A stretch of DNA of 39,032 nucleotides from a virus. Taxonomy: Duplodnaviria > Caudoviricetes. The stretch's first letter is position 1, and the number at the start of each line of letters is the position of its first letter. Below, piece by piece: positions 9,801 through 19,700 of this stretch. The notes under the pieces were generated by a model. It made no database searches. It was not told the DNA's origin and worked only from the letters and a program-made list of their open reading frames with translations. The stretch lies in the IMG/VR virus record IMGVR_UViG_3300007539_000056, positions 1-39,032 of that record. One strand, written 5' to 3'. The translations under genes and the position numbers were made by a program.

Positions 9801-10257
9801 GTTGACCCGCTTCCATTGGTTTAGGATCACGATTTCTCCAGTGGGGCCTACTAAACAATTGAATGGGTATATCCGACACTCCATCTTGCGGTTTTCGAGA
9901 TTCAAACAGCGGAACAGGCCAATGAATCCAGTCGTCACCCTCGACCCGTGTTGAAAGTTCTAAAACATGAATAGTTCTTACATTGTTTTCGGGCGGTAAT
10001 AAGAAATAATAACCAGATGGTGGCGTATCCGAAGTAGTAAAAGTTAGAGTTACTTCAACATCCCCCGCAGCTGGAATAGTACCCTCGGAAGGAGAAAAAG
10101 ACTTTACACCATCTACATCTACTCTCTGTTTAGTAGATGGGTCTATATAAAACACAGTGGCTTGAAAAAACTTACTATCAAGCTCTAGAAGGTCGGTAGC
10201 AATTTCATCAGTGGGTATTATCCAGTCTGTATACAGTTTTAATGGTTGTGTAGTCAT
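3802..10257 (-). CDS. Large tail tip / hub (central fibre-like) protein with N-terminal Ig-like repeats
   Basis: 2151 aa, third gene after the TMP. Hub-like segment from FNALVASVDSSVGFGG..FTLVED and FSGVLQRWNYSES; VTNISIKVGTSGISTSYRF resembles hub C-terminal strands; acidic, Cys-containing C-terminal region. Confidence 0.6.
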   Translation of the reverse strand: MTTQPLKLYTDWIIPTDEIATDLLELDSKFFQATVFYIDPSTKQRVDVDGVKSFSPSEGTIPAAGDVEVTLTFTTSDTPPSGYYFLLPPENNVRTIHVLELSTRVEGDDWIHWPVPLFESRKPQDGVSDIPIQLFSRPHWRNRDPKPMEAGQLPYGYTFGPEWKEAVVFFEDRLTPKKEGGATPYVRPPEEGASPNIISGDIEYEGFDLDEKLDVGTHIIKAKWRLDDEPYKEYGLLLGGIELERQYEIEIVQQEPVIIWDTVEKSESAIKNGILVEAPCEISSKKIPYITNSNAEYPIKAVDPITQEEIGGDFEFDPPEGTPVYESFELKAKFIPTDENYYEIDLPPVTIHVSSRDKGEQNPPVMFNALVASVDSSVGFGGDNSSCSFTLVEDPENGYNINIPPAGTACYFRYRGFKFSGVLQRWNYSESIGGKKYNVLLNSVSSFMDGVHVILDKFEGTAFLGDTKFSPSGGQQIPYQNGGVRNLLNPYGYFENFTLGLGGGATDGICGGQELDQFAGGDDEQWTFNPDLVDEFGIGTWGDSGRNDQGFNGRKLLSTIQAISQGGTPHGDKLFFGKTQYKLDLSELIPLVPEYYRISASPSLDLNSIITDMCELIQHDYIWTLDGEENTECPDFGDQYLDQDNVIAKIKLIDKGKPPSAGIIKEFVESARDSGTLINSSIGKEFQNEATQKVILGGQATRYFLATQADMIPVFGQTSDGGYIVSRNFENVQSGAYNDDRKITLFVQGSKYSNAFTGGGPRSYNCSIAELRAARKGMDSWLSFKWLEQIWLLLNGGSDYTSGVFENYNADFCGLPSFGAPSRLQGLGPLASTQVMKNSMMNFNGGPVTFSSAELNILANRFAGYLELDETGTYSGIWSTVSNCAENFFGRRFLIFLPKEPGGIENNLKILKDNVDQIPSWELADSAWVDESPPYLDNPRYYDESGMLKPINVFPSNCSLGGGVAERFSAGEITGIATNENGPSFPAGIEWLQLGSLECELEPYVVVDTGVQAESSDLFTSNNWGFLMMSMFISQGTGHPWGKGVGGSGSTSVAFGPSVKAPVAIGIPQKSQRYSWGPWYHANHKNGKLDFIYDPELVPQSFGSQQAMSEMAQSQANTGVATMEEAENGSYEIAEYPQYNLADRLLGAGPYVTNISIKVGTSGISTSYRFNTWTPDFGKLQKYNQNRMSRIWRNKMNSLNGDGSSGSGTGSYRTAREEIQSKDYPRVANTFNPETSAIMGSSGWGEGLLSTGHHEITSSSASTLYSSTAADAGVGPNYKTSFGNSKEQFYAGYSSNRDRIPNQSLPSIQDPSMGGEMVTGENLASAGFNVYRAGSSDGAILPTSNDLDPYMNYGIFGNNTGGGVVGNTQQQQNPVEQWIDDCVHKDYLFFVYDIQNSFPNTISPYKAKLNESFSGQALKDMTEARAAGLKGPLVLSGWGFDIANNPVPSDTDNIRNFNTQLLSNRKNWKTGPVKLMWDEERKIWSGGLETLTGVVYEDDVEAPQSPTQPTTFKLKVLRKVDATKGTESSLDYADPPEVITCYNRDPNFSMSAGPNSYLTVMRINYEWVPLAGGATVGDIVSFETQEPEEECKQDTHIWWVGLQREGNANRPGITDPTEFPSGGPGNFDWNGFEPKKPERHADYCQNSGTQGFDGKNAWRANTEIIYEGESLDNVATTPGEGLNTHFWIMKTCYPSPGNAEATLEVCAGSELQTGHYFGIRDSLSSIDGVNPLINETDETFARYFYFVVDGDETGVPQFSDYPTSGDFAGTEQEFMELHVKAIHINSDDPPSIVAQKIHYALYGSDIPFTSSADCGKVKITQSLSGLTGDQSNEGLSSLPSCMKLSNFAGGEGFDPEAWGAANAGNLVEWINYESDALTDGTFFPENDAWSGSDGDWAGPNYSGDATIGSIYHNGWNGTYQTPNSLRLDDWEDMVEMLHDMSSYLGNHDYTTNEIINKITGEDPLTGKPWLLECDEDNRKCEGRQDFSSIIGRITQYPCNVTEVPGEICVKENDEGQWEVDSESADSDDCRGYIQIQDPMGAFLNNRFAKDLRGRRGVAMYVWNYQPNGPCGDDPNYYDSHSNPNCYWMIIWMDMFEEIDLVSDVIIGTKSITIEKKKVDVWNYCDLDPHRIEGATCEYEEDGTDPGGSPAA

Positions 10258-10280
10258 TCTTTGTTCCTAATAATCTTTTC

Positions 10281-11933
10281 TTATACTTCGGGTTCTGGGG
10301 TAAATTCCCAAGTTTCCGAAAGTGAATAATTTCTCGTAGTCGGATTCCAGTTTTCATTAAAAGATCTACAGTGACCCTTCCTGTATGGCTTAGTTAAAAT
10401 AGTACCATCGGGTTTTCCGAAATTCTTTTCCATAGTAATATCTGCGTTTATTGTAACTCTGGCTATCTCTGTTGTCTCCATGTCTTGGATTACCGGCCCC
10501 TGAAGCCTACCAATTACTGGTATAACTGCAATAACATCAACTAGCCCACCCTGATTAGAGTATGAAACCGTAACGTTTTCTCTCGACGACCCCTCTATTT
10601 TTCGCTCTCTGGTGTCATATGTAATATTTAAAGTAACCTGACCGAGAGCCTTAACATGAGACACAGATCTTGATATGGGTCTTTGTTCTAATTTACCACT
10701 ACCCTGAGATTTTTTATACATGTCCTCGGCAAATCCAAACGCTTGACCTTCAAAAATCTCCATAGCCTCTACAGCATTTTTATGCTTTTGTGATATCGCG
10801 TTCACTTTTGAATACTGCTTATCTAGACCGCTAAATGTAGCAGTAAGAGATACTGTATCTACCGGCGCGGTTTCATCTAATACGCAGTTAGCTTCCACAG
10901 AATATGTTGCGCTAGAATTATCTTGAGACAATAACCAAGTATCAGTTACGGAATAAGAACCCTCTCCAAAATCATGCTGAACAGACCTAACGTGATTATA
11001 ACCAGTATAGGGAACGGACGCACCAGACTCTGGACTGAATTTAAAGCCAAGTTCTCCACCAACCCTTGGCTTATTCATCTCCATAGGAAGAAACTGAGAA
11101 AGGAAAAAATTTGTATCACCCATCATGTCTTCTTCGACAGGAACAGTTGGGTCGTCAATTAGTCTATCCTTAACCCACTGAACGGCCTGCCTAAAAGCTT
11201 CACCGTCATCTTCTAATTCTCCAACATTAGGCTCTGCCTTGTATTTTTTTTGCCCTGTTGCGCTAACGGTATGAGTAAGAGTATAAGTTTTATGTGGATC
11301 ACTCATCGGGAGACGATCTTTATAGAAATGAATATCTAAATTTTCTGTCAGTTCCCAAGATTCATCTGCCGCTGATAATAAATATTTAGTTTTAGCTCTT
11401 TCGAGGCTGCCAACCTGATCGCCTACTACGCTTTGATCATCATAAGCCTCAAAAACAAAATTAAATTCTCTTGTTTGAACTCCGGCAGATTGATCGTTTT
11501 GCTCTGGAAGAGAAACGCTTATTAGCTTCGCGTCATGAAAAATAATATGTTGCGGGAGGCCACCATAAGGTTCGATTCTTAAACTTCCGGCATTTTGACT
11601 TGGAAAAACACTCCGAAGAAAATGCAGACCAATTATGGTTTCGCCCTGAATTCTATTTTGCCTTTGACCAATCTCGGTTATATCTTGACCAGTCTGAGTT
11701 GGCTTGATAATAGCTGTTCCGGTCACATTTATTACAAACTTTGAACCGATATATGTTCCGGCGCCAGTCTTGAATATGTTTTCTCTACTGATTGAATATT
11801 TTGGAAAGGGTCCAGCAAAACCTCCAGCCACACCCTCACCACTAAAGGCTTGAGAAAAGTTTTGAGGATCGGAAACTCCACCAATAATTAGTTTTTGATT
11901 TCCGCCTTTTACGTGGGCATCATAAATAATCAT
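10281..11933 (-). CDS. Putative distal tail / baseplate protein
   Basis: 550 aa, beta-rich, with repeated (D/E)[ST]W strand motifs (DESWEL, TDTWLL, SETWEF). Position between TMP-adjacent gene and hub. RBS GGAG. Confidence 0.5.
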   Translation of the reverse strand: MIIYDAHVKGGNQKLIIGGVSDPQNFSQAFSGEGVAGGFAGPFPKYSISRENIFKTGAGTYIGSKFVINVTGTAIIKPTQTGQDITEIGQRQNRIQGETIIGLHFLRSVFPSQNAGSLRIEPYGGLPQHIIFHDAKLISVSLPEQNDQSAGVQTREFNFVFEAYDDQSVVGDQVGSLERAKTKYLLSAADESWELTENLDIHFYKDRLPMSDPHKTYTLTHTVSATGQKKYKAEPNVGELEDDGEAFRQAVQWVKDRLIDDPTVPVEEDMMGDTNFFLSQFLPMEMNKPRVGGELGFKFSPESGASVPYTGYNHVRSVQHDFGEGSYSVTDTWLLSQDNSSATYSVEANCVLDETAPVDTVSLTATFSGLDKQYSKVNAISQKHKNAVEAMEIFEGQAFGFAEDMYKKSQGSGKLEQRPISRSVSHVKALGQVTLNITYDTRERKIEGSSRENVTVSYSNQGGLVDVIAVIPVIGRLQGPVIQDMETTEIARVTINADITMEKNFGKPDGTILTKPYRKGHCRSFNENWNPTTRNYSLSETWEFTPEPEV

Positions 11934-11936
11934 GCT

Positions 11937-13760
11937 TTACTCCAAGTATCCATTCATATGTATATCTAATGTTTTAGCCGTAGGGGGAGAAATAAACATA
12001 TTAAAATTACCAGAATTAGGTATTCCTCCACCATCTACCGTTATGGAAAAATTATTATCGTTTGTATCATAGTTATACACAAAAGCCGTCATCGCATCAG
12101 CTTTTGGAAGCCTTATAAATATACCAAAATCTTGATTATAAGAATCTCTAGACTCTATGAACATTGTAGAGTTGGTATTAAATCCTTCATATACCATGCT
12201 AACATTTGAACCGCTCACAAAAGCTACAGCCTGCGATGTAAGAATCTCGGCCCCAGTATCGGCTGTTATGGCAGGATCGACACCTATGAACGCTGAGAAT
12301 ATACCAGAGTTATTTATTGCAAATTCAGATCTGGTTTGAATAAACAACGAAGCGTCATCATTATAGCCAGCCTTTATGGGTGACTCTAAATATAAAGACA
12401 TTACATCTTTAGTATCAACATTATAAGTGGTTCCCTTTATATAAAGAGAATTAATAACATCTACAATATCTCCACCACCACCATCGCTCAAAGGAGACTG
12501 TACGTATAGAGTCGTCCCCTCGTTTGTTTCCCCACCACTAATTATTCGCGCCGGAAAAATTCCGCTACTAGGGTATGGCCCGGCGGTAAATGTATTAATA
12601 TTTACTGTCGTGGGATTAGGCCCACTAACAAACAACGGTTCATTTTCCTGATCGTTGCTAAAAACTATTGGTCCAGCAGTGTATAGGTTTTTGCTTTCAT
12701 AATAAGTGGGCGGACCAGAAATAAATAGTCTTGCGGTTTTAGGGTATGTCACAGAGGCAGATATGACCGCAGAAGTAGCAGAATTAAAATTAAAAATAGG
12801 TAGTCCTATCTCGTCAGCGCCAATATCCCAAGAATCAATTAAGGTTCTATCTAGTCCGTCAATATCGTACTGTATGCCGTCAGGACTTGAACCCAAATCA
12901 ACTCCAGCATCCTGAGCTGCGCAACCCTCCTTTATATGTAAATCCTCGCTGCCAAAAACAGTAGACACAAACAGACTAGAGGCAGACACGCTATTAATTG
13001 AATTAGTTCCGGTTGTAGTGGTATCGTCTGCGATATTGTAATCTTCGGTTGTTATTATGCCGTGATAAGCACTTAAAGCGGTTCCCTGTGATATATTGTT
13101 TCTAACGTCGGTGTTGGCGGTACCGCTAACAGAAATACCATAATAATTGTCCCAAATCGTATTATTAAAATATTGAGAGTTGTTGTTACTATGCTCTTTT
13201 CTGATTGCATAACCAGCCACCGGAGTATAGCTAACGCCAGACGTTCTTCCCCAATATTGTATGATGTTATTTGCTATCAGTGCTCCGTTAAGGTATTCAT
13301 AAATACCTTTAGGCGTACCGATACTTTTGTTTCTTCTTTTTTTGTTGAATATACAATTTAAAATTCTATAATTAGAAACATCAACACGAAAACAATAACC
13401 AGCATCTAGGGTGGTAGCAATGTACTCTGTGTCAAAAATGATCCATTCTACCGTGGCGTGGCTGGTTACAGAAAGGTCTCCCAGCAAAACGCCGCCAATA
13501 TTGTCCCAATAAACTTCTACCCCGGTTCCAAGCGTGCCGTCATGACGCTCACCTGTGGCAACAGTTAATGTTACGCTGTTTTTTGATAGTGATGTTTCGT
13601 TTAAAGAGAAATTACCCTGAAAAACAGTATCGTTATAACACTCGCCAACTATATCATCTCCAGATGAGTATATTAGCGTATCGCCCAAATCGGCTTCCCA
13701 AAGAGTAATAGTAGAATAATCACGACTGGCCGTACCAATAGTTTTTGTGACCGTTGCCAT
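11937..13760 (-). CDS. Tail fibre/decoration protein: one beta-helix module plus C-terminal L[FY]xxGP repeats
   Basis: Start re-called at ATG 13760 (MATVTKTIGTASRDYSTI, 1 nt after the TMP stop, matching the N-terminus of the 1270-aa paralog), giving 607 aa. Pectin-lyase-like NN/NCI ladder, EDLH and WDIGADE. Confidence 0.7.
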   Translation of the reverse strand: MATVTKTIGTASRDYSTITLWEADLGDTLIYSSGDDIVGECYNDTVFQGNFSLNETSLSKNSVTLTVATGERHDGTLGTGVEVYWDNIGGVLLGDLSVTSHATVEWIIFDTEYIATTLDAGYCFRVDVSNYRILNCIFNKKRRNKSIGTPKGIYEYLNGALIANNIIQYWGRTSGVSYTPVAGYAIRKEHSNNNSQYFNNTIWDNYYGISVSGTANTDVRNNISQGTALSAYHGIITTEDYNIADDTTTTGTNSINSVSASSLFVSTVFGSEDLHIKEGCAAQDAGVDLGSSPDGIQYDIDGLDRTLIDSWDIGADEIGLPIFNFNSATSAVISASVTYPKTARLFISGPPTYYESKNLYTAGPIVFSNDQENEPLFVSGPNPTTVNINTFTAGPYPSSGIFPARIISGGETNEGTTLYVQSPLSDGGGGDIVDVINSLYIKGTTYNVDTKDVMSLYLESPIKAGYNDDASLFIQTRSEFAINNSGIFSAFIGVDPAITADTGAEILTSQAVAFVSGSNVSMVYEGFNTNSTMFIESRDSYNQDFGIFIRLPKADAMTAFVYNYDTNDNNFSITVDGGGIPNSGNFNMFISPPTAKTLDIHMNGYLE

Positions 13761-13761
13761 A

Positions 13762-16700
13762 TCAACCAGCCCCCTGATCAAATCTACGAGAAACGGCTGC
13801 ATCAATAGCCTTGAATAGTGGTCCATCCTCTCTCATTAAGAATTCACCCACACCCCTACTGAGACCATCTATAACATTACCCTCAAGTGTTAAATTTCCT
13901 TTGATTTCTATAGGAGCGACTTCTAATTCTATAGATAGTCCGTCCTTTATAGCTGTAGATAACTGTCGTAAACCAGTGCTTAAATTAGCAGTTGGCTGCA
14001 CCAGTTTGTCAACGGTTTGCCTTAGAACATCTGTAGCGTTTGCAAATTTCTGAAACTCCATAACCGCTGCACCATTAGGACCAAAACTAGTTGCTAATGT
14101 TTGAACGTTGGTAGATAAAGTCTGTACGGTTGTTTTTAAATCGGTCACAGTTTGGTTTAGTTGAACTATAGCCGGATTAGCAGCCCCGTTGCCGCCACCA
14201 CCTTGTCCTCCGCCACCACCTTGTCCTCCGCCACCACCTTGTCCTCCGCCACCGCCTTGTCCTCCGCCACCGCCTTGTGCTCCGCCACCCTGTGGTCCTC
14301 CGAGATCAAAAGGCGCAACAGCCGGAACATCTTGATTTCTATTCTTAAAATACCTTTCAAACACATCTCTTGTAACGCCACCCACATATAAGCCTGAATT
14401 AAGTGCGTATCTCACAGCCAGATCTGGACGACCCGCACGCATGTATTTACCAAAGTGGTAAACGTGACTGTCTTTAAACCTTTCATCATCATCTACAGCC
14501 TGCCGATAGATTAAACCATCTGGACCTTCTACAAAGTCGCCCTTTGCGTAATATCTGACACCACTACCAACAGACCCACCACGAGAAAACGCAGAAATTT
14601 GCCCTTTGTTCATCCTGTCCATCGTGTCAATGCCATACTTGCTAACTGCCTGCTTGTTCATGACATATTCGCCAGCGGTCAACATTGCTGGAACATTATC
14701 TCCGGCTCCCCCTTTGTTTAAGTATAGTGGAACCTTTCCGCCATGCGCAAAGTATAAAGGATGCTTGTCTGATTCAGGTATGCTACCTTTACCCTTATTA
14801 TTATACAAAAACGCCGCGAAATCTCTAGCCTTGCTGGGAAGATTATTTGACTCTAAAGAAACTTTATCGCCGTAATAAGATATAAAGTGCATTAAGCCGT
14901 TACCGGCGTCATTCGTAGATAATCCATTGAAAACGCTTCTTGGCCAGCTACTTCCCCACCTTTGATACCCGTAAGACCCCGAAAATAATTTATTAATTCT
15001 TTTTCTGGGTTCGCTGTCGCCTGCGCCCGCCCAATAAGACAGAGCATCAAATGCGGCGCTTTGGAAACCAGAGGTAGGAATATTTCTTGCGGGATCTAAA
15101 TATAAATCAGCAATATCACCGATTATATCATTTATCGTAAATTCACTCAGCCCACGCAAGGCTTCTTTATATGTTGACCCGCCTTTATATGTGTTAAGCA
15201 ATTCAAAAAACTGCTCGTCAGATATATTGGGTGATTTTTTTGGAACTCTAGCTATAACGTCAAACAAAGGCTTTTTAGAAATCTCATAGTCCTGTATGTA
15301 TAGGTTTTTATCTCTATAAGAAAATCTATCACCAATACCGCTTTTATATCCACCATAAGCTTTCTGTTTCGTGGCACCAAGCTTAGAATAAGTTTTGAAT
15401 CTTTGGAAAGCGATAGAAGCATCCGTTTTTTCAGACGAAAGTAATTCTTCTTTGGTCCAGTCCTTAGCGTCTAATGCTGTCCGGTCGGAGATAAGTTTTT
15501 GTTGAGCGTTTCTTTGTTCTTCAGCTTCGCTGGCGGCAGACATTGCCTGAGCTTGTAACTCCATTTGTTTTTTGTTGGCCTCCATCGCGGAATTATTAAT
15601 GGCTTCAGAAATCACCAAATCTAAAAGCCTATCAGATATATTCGCCTCTTCTGCTGCCGAAACACTATATCCAGAAGTGTTTGAATCTAAAGAGTTGCCC
15701 CCAAACATCGACATGAGCGACTGTATTTTTCGCACCTGATTATCGTTTTGAATATTGGATAAATCAAGATCTTTAGCTCTTTTGGGCGCATACTCAGTTC
15801 CGATAATCTGAGTATCAGAACCCAAAATATTTTCAAACAACCCAAGGAAAGCCGCCTCAGTAGTAGCAAATATTCCCGTTCCAAATATTCCCGCTCCAAA
15901 TTGATCAGCAGATCCGCCCTGCTCTATGTATCTAAAGATGCCACCAGTTTTAGATATGCGATCAACAACCTCCTTCTGTCCTAGTTGAGTTAATTGCTTG
16001 CCCTCCCTAGACATAACGCCCGGATTTTTTCTAACAAATTCTCTAAGCTCCTCAATCCTTGCCTTAACCTTTGGATTTTCACCAACAAGATTTAGCATAC
16101 TAGAAGCCTGCTTGCCTTCCATATACTCATTATATCTTTCTTGATTAAGGGTTCCGTCATCATTCATAAATCCAGCAATAGCTATCTCACTAGCAGAATC
16201 TAATATTGGCTTCATTACAGATGAAAGAATACCTCCACCAATCGCTCCTTTAGATTGGTTGAATTGAGCAATGCCCCTACCTAGCATTTTTGCAAGGTTC
16301 TCGTCAGTGAAAAGTTTAAGCATGTCAGAAGATTCAGTTTTCAACTGTCTCGCGCCGTAAGCACCCGCCGCACCCAGATCTTTAATGGGTGAGCCAAAAG
16401 TCCTTCCCACAGATTTGCCAGCACCAACAATTGCCTTCCCGCCCTGCCCCAAGAATCTTAATATTTCCTCCTTTCCAATAGCGCCGCTTTTAACCAGATC
16501 TGCCGCCTCAGTCGCCTTTGGACCAAGCAATTTTAGATATGCTGCAACTTCTTCAGGAGTATTCGCTCCTGACAATCCCCTACCTATCGACTCCCCTTTA
16601 GATAGACCCTTTAGAGAGTATAAAGCCTGATCTATTTGCTGAGGCTTAACAGGATTTAAACCGCCCCCCTGAGCAAATTTCAAAAAGCTTCCAACACCTT

Positions 16701-19700
16701 TGTCGCCAAAACCAGCACCCTTCTTAGAGAAGAAATCGCTCTTTGAAAACTTTTGACCGAGTTCCTTTGTTAATATTTTCTGAAGACGGGAAAATTCTTG
16801 CGGGTTAGATTTTGATAATTCAAACATCAACTCGCTAAACTCTTTACCGCGACTAAAAGAACTTCCCATTAAGGGTCTTGAAATTCCTGCACCACGAAGA
16901 CCTTGAGCGACCTTGTATTCTTCTAAAAATCTAAGCATCGCAAATTCAGGTTTTGTAGTGCTTGCAGCAGTACCAGAAAACCTTGTGGAGCTAACCATAT
17001 TTCTGACACCTGTAACAGGAACATTCATACCCTTGCTAATAGCTCCAAGGGCGTCTGGGGTTATTTTGTGTCCGGCATCTGTTAGCAAACTAGTTAGGTG
17101 GCTAATTGCATGAAGCTTCTCATGCATAATAGTCTCTTCTAAAGAATAGCCCCCTCTCTTTATCACCTCTGGGTAAATCTGCATAGCCCCATCTGCTCGG
17201 TTATAAAATCCAAGCGTGCGTGCGGAAGTAGTTTTGGAATTGTAAGAGCTGTTCTTATTAAAGTGATTTATGAAATCATCAATCATTTTTGAAGCGGGAG
17301 CAGAAATATCAGGTTTGTACTGTTTTAAATATTGTGAATCTGTTATTTCTTTAAATTTAGGACCACCAGTTTTTAACCTAGAACTTATAGCCTTCAAACC
17401 TCCTGCGGAAACATCATCTATTAATTTCTTTGCAGCGTCCATACCTGCCCCAAGACCCTGAACTATTTGTTTCCCTCCGGGAGCAGCAACCGTTTCCAAA
17501 GAACCTCTATTGCCTTGTGCTAAAGCCTCCATAAATCTTTTTTGTAAAAGTTCACCGGCGAGCAAACCTCTATTAAAAGTCTGTCCAGCAGTAAGGGTGT
17601 CGCCCATAGCTTTTGTTCCGGTGGCTTTTCCGATAGCTCTTCCGAGCAGACCAAAAGCAAACTGCTCTATCGCTCCATACATTTTGTCTCCGGCTGGGTC
17701 GCCCTCAGTCAGAGATCTAGCACTGAATAAAACAGAGTTTAATAAGTTGCCAATAACAGGCATGGCGTATCCAGCAACATTCTGCACTTGCGTCGTTTTA
17801 TCCGCAGCGCTATAAATTTGTGCGTTTTCATCATTTAGTGCTCGCAAGTAGTTATCTAATAATTTTGCGCCAGACATTCCCTTCTTTGAAAAGAAATCTC
17901 TAAGATCTGGCGGCAAATCTTTTAATGTCACCGGACCTTCACTACCTTCGTTAAAGTATTGAGAAAGAGAGCTTCCGCCCCCACCCTTGGTCATGCCCGG
18001 CCCAGAAACAAAACCTTTTCCCTTGTTCATGTTGTCAAGAGTTTGGGTTCCGTATTTGTCTACGGCGCTCTTTCGTAAAACGTACTCTCCCTCAGAAAGC
18101 ATGGCTGGAATAGTGTCAGTACCTTTAGGCTTGAATATAGAACCTATCGCCCCACCGGTCGCACGATAAACCGCCCCACCTTTAGAGAAGCCACCAGCAA
18201 TAGCGGGGTTATTAGCAGCAACCATAATATCTGCAAGTTTATCTATTTTTTCTGCAAGTGATAAATTGGCCTGTATTAATTTTTCTTCAGACGTAATAGT
18301 GCTGGCTAAAGCCTGCTTAAACGCAGGATTGATGAACGGGTCTCTAAACACGTCTCTAGCAATAAGTTCGTCTGCTAGCTGTTTTCCGCTCTTCCCAAAA
18401 GCAACTGGTATTTCATCGCCAAGACTTCTAAGAAAAGTAACAATTTGTTTCTGATCTTCTGGCGCAAAGCCCTGAAGTGTTCCCGTTTGAATTGCCCTAG
18501 TAGCCATTGCCTGATTTCTGTAAAGATTTTGCCTACCTTCCGCTCCTCCGGTTACAGCCTCTTCTAGTACACCTAGCAATGTTTCTCTTTTAGATCTCTC
18601 TTTATCAATAAGTTGAGAGTTTCTATCCATAGCATTAAACAGCATATCTATGCCAGTCGTGCTTGTTCTAAGCCTTTCTAGCTCTTTATTAACTCCATCA
18701 AGTCTCATTTGAGTTTTAGCTAATTCTTCGGCAGTCTTTCTTTGTTCCTCTTGCGTTCTTTGCTGATTTAGTTTTGCGGTTAAATCGTCTCTTCTGCTTT
18801 CAAGAAATCTTCTAGCCGCACCTAGAGCCTGAACATTTCCAGCAAAATTAGGGTCTAGTCCACGAGTTCTCAGATTTGCTCTGGCCTCGGCCTGCTCTCT
18901 AATAAACCTAGACCTACCAATATCTGGCGCAATGTCAACACCACGATCTCTAGCAACTTGTTGAGTTAGTCGATTTCTAATGTCGTCAAACTGATCTAGC
19001 GCATCAACAAACCTTTCTCTAGCTTTTACTTCCCTGTCTTGCTTTTCTATTAAGTTGTCAAGATATTTATTATAATTATCTAAAAACTTTTCACTCTTCT
19101 CGGTTGCTGCTTTAACTACTCCATCAACTTGCTGTTGAGCACCCTCAAACAATTTAGCAAATAACTGAGAAAACTCTTGTGGGTCAAGACCATCTGCGGC
19201 AACCTTTACTATTTCATCAACTAGCGCCTTTAGCTGATCAGGAGAAACCAGCTTGTCTATTCCTAGCTGGATCAGTAGATTTTTTGCGTCTACCTCATTA
19301 TTTGTACCAGTAAATTCCTTACCTAAAAGAAATTTTTGCGCGTTCTGTAATATCTCCACGACTTGTAACGCTTCTCTGCCAGCACTAGTTACACGGGCAT
19401 CTTGTGCTCCAGCTACGATCCTAGCTAATTCAGACGCAAACCTTGCCGGATTAGCTATTTTAGATATGTCAGATTCAGTAAGTTTTACAACATTACCCCT
19501 GACTAAACCCCCACCCCTAGCGGTTTTTAGATTATCAAACAGCTGCCCCTGCAAGTCTAGACCTTGAATTTCTTCCTGAAAACTCTGCATAACTCTAGCT
19601 GTTTGTATTACTTTAGCGGCATATTGCTGTTGCGCTCGCAGTGCAGCTATTCTTGACCGATTCTCCGCTATTACTACCTTGTTGGCTATCTCAGTATTAT

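Noticed and set aside
13760-13826. Longer 629-aa start for the post-TMP gene (and the 369-aa start at 2625 for the GT)
   Set aside because: The extensions overlap the upstream genes. The internal ATGs sit 1 nt after the upstream stops, and MATVTK matches the N-terminus of the paralog.
14192-14302. CRISPR-like array
   Set aside because: Head-to-tail 18-bp units without spacers, in frame within the TMP.
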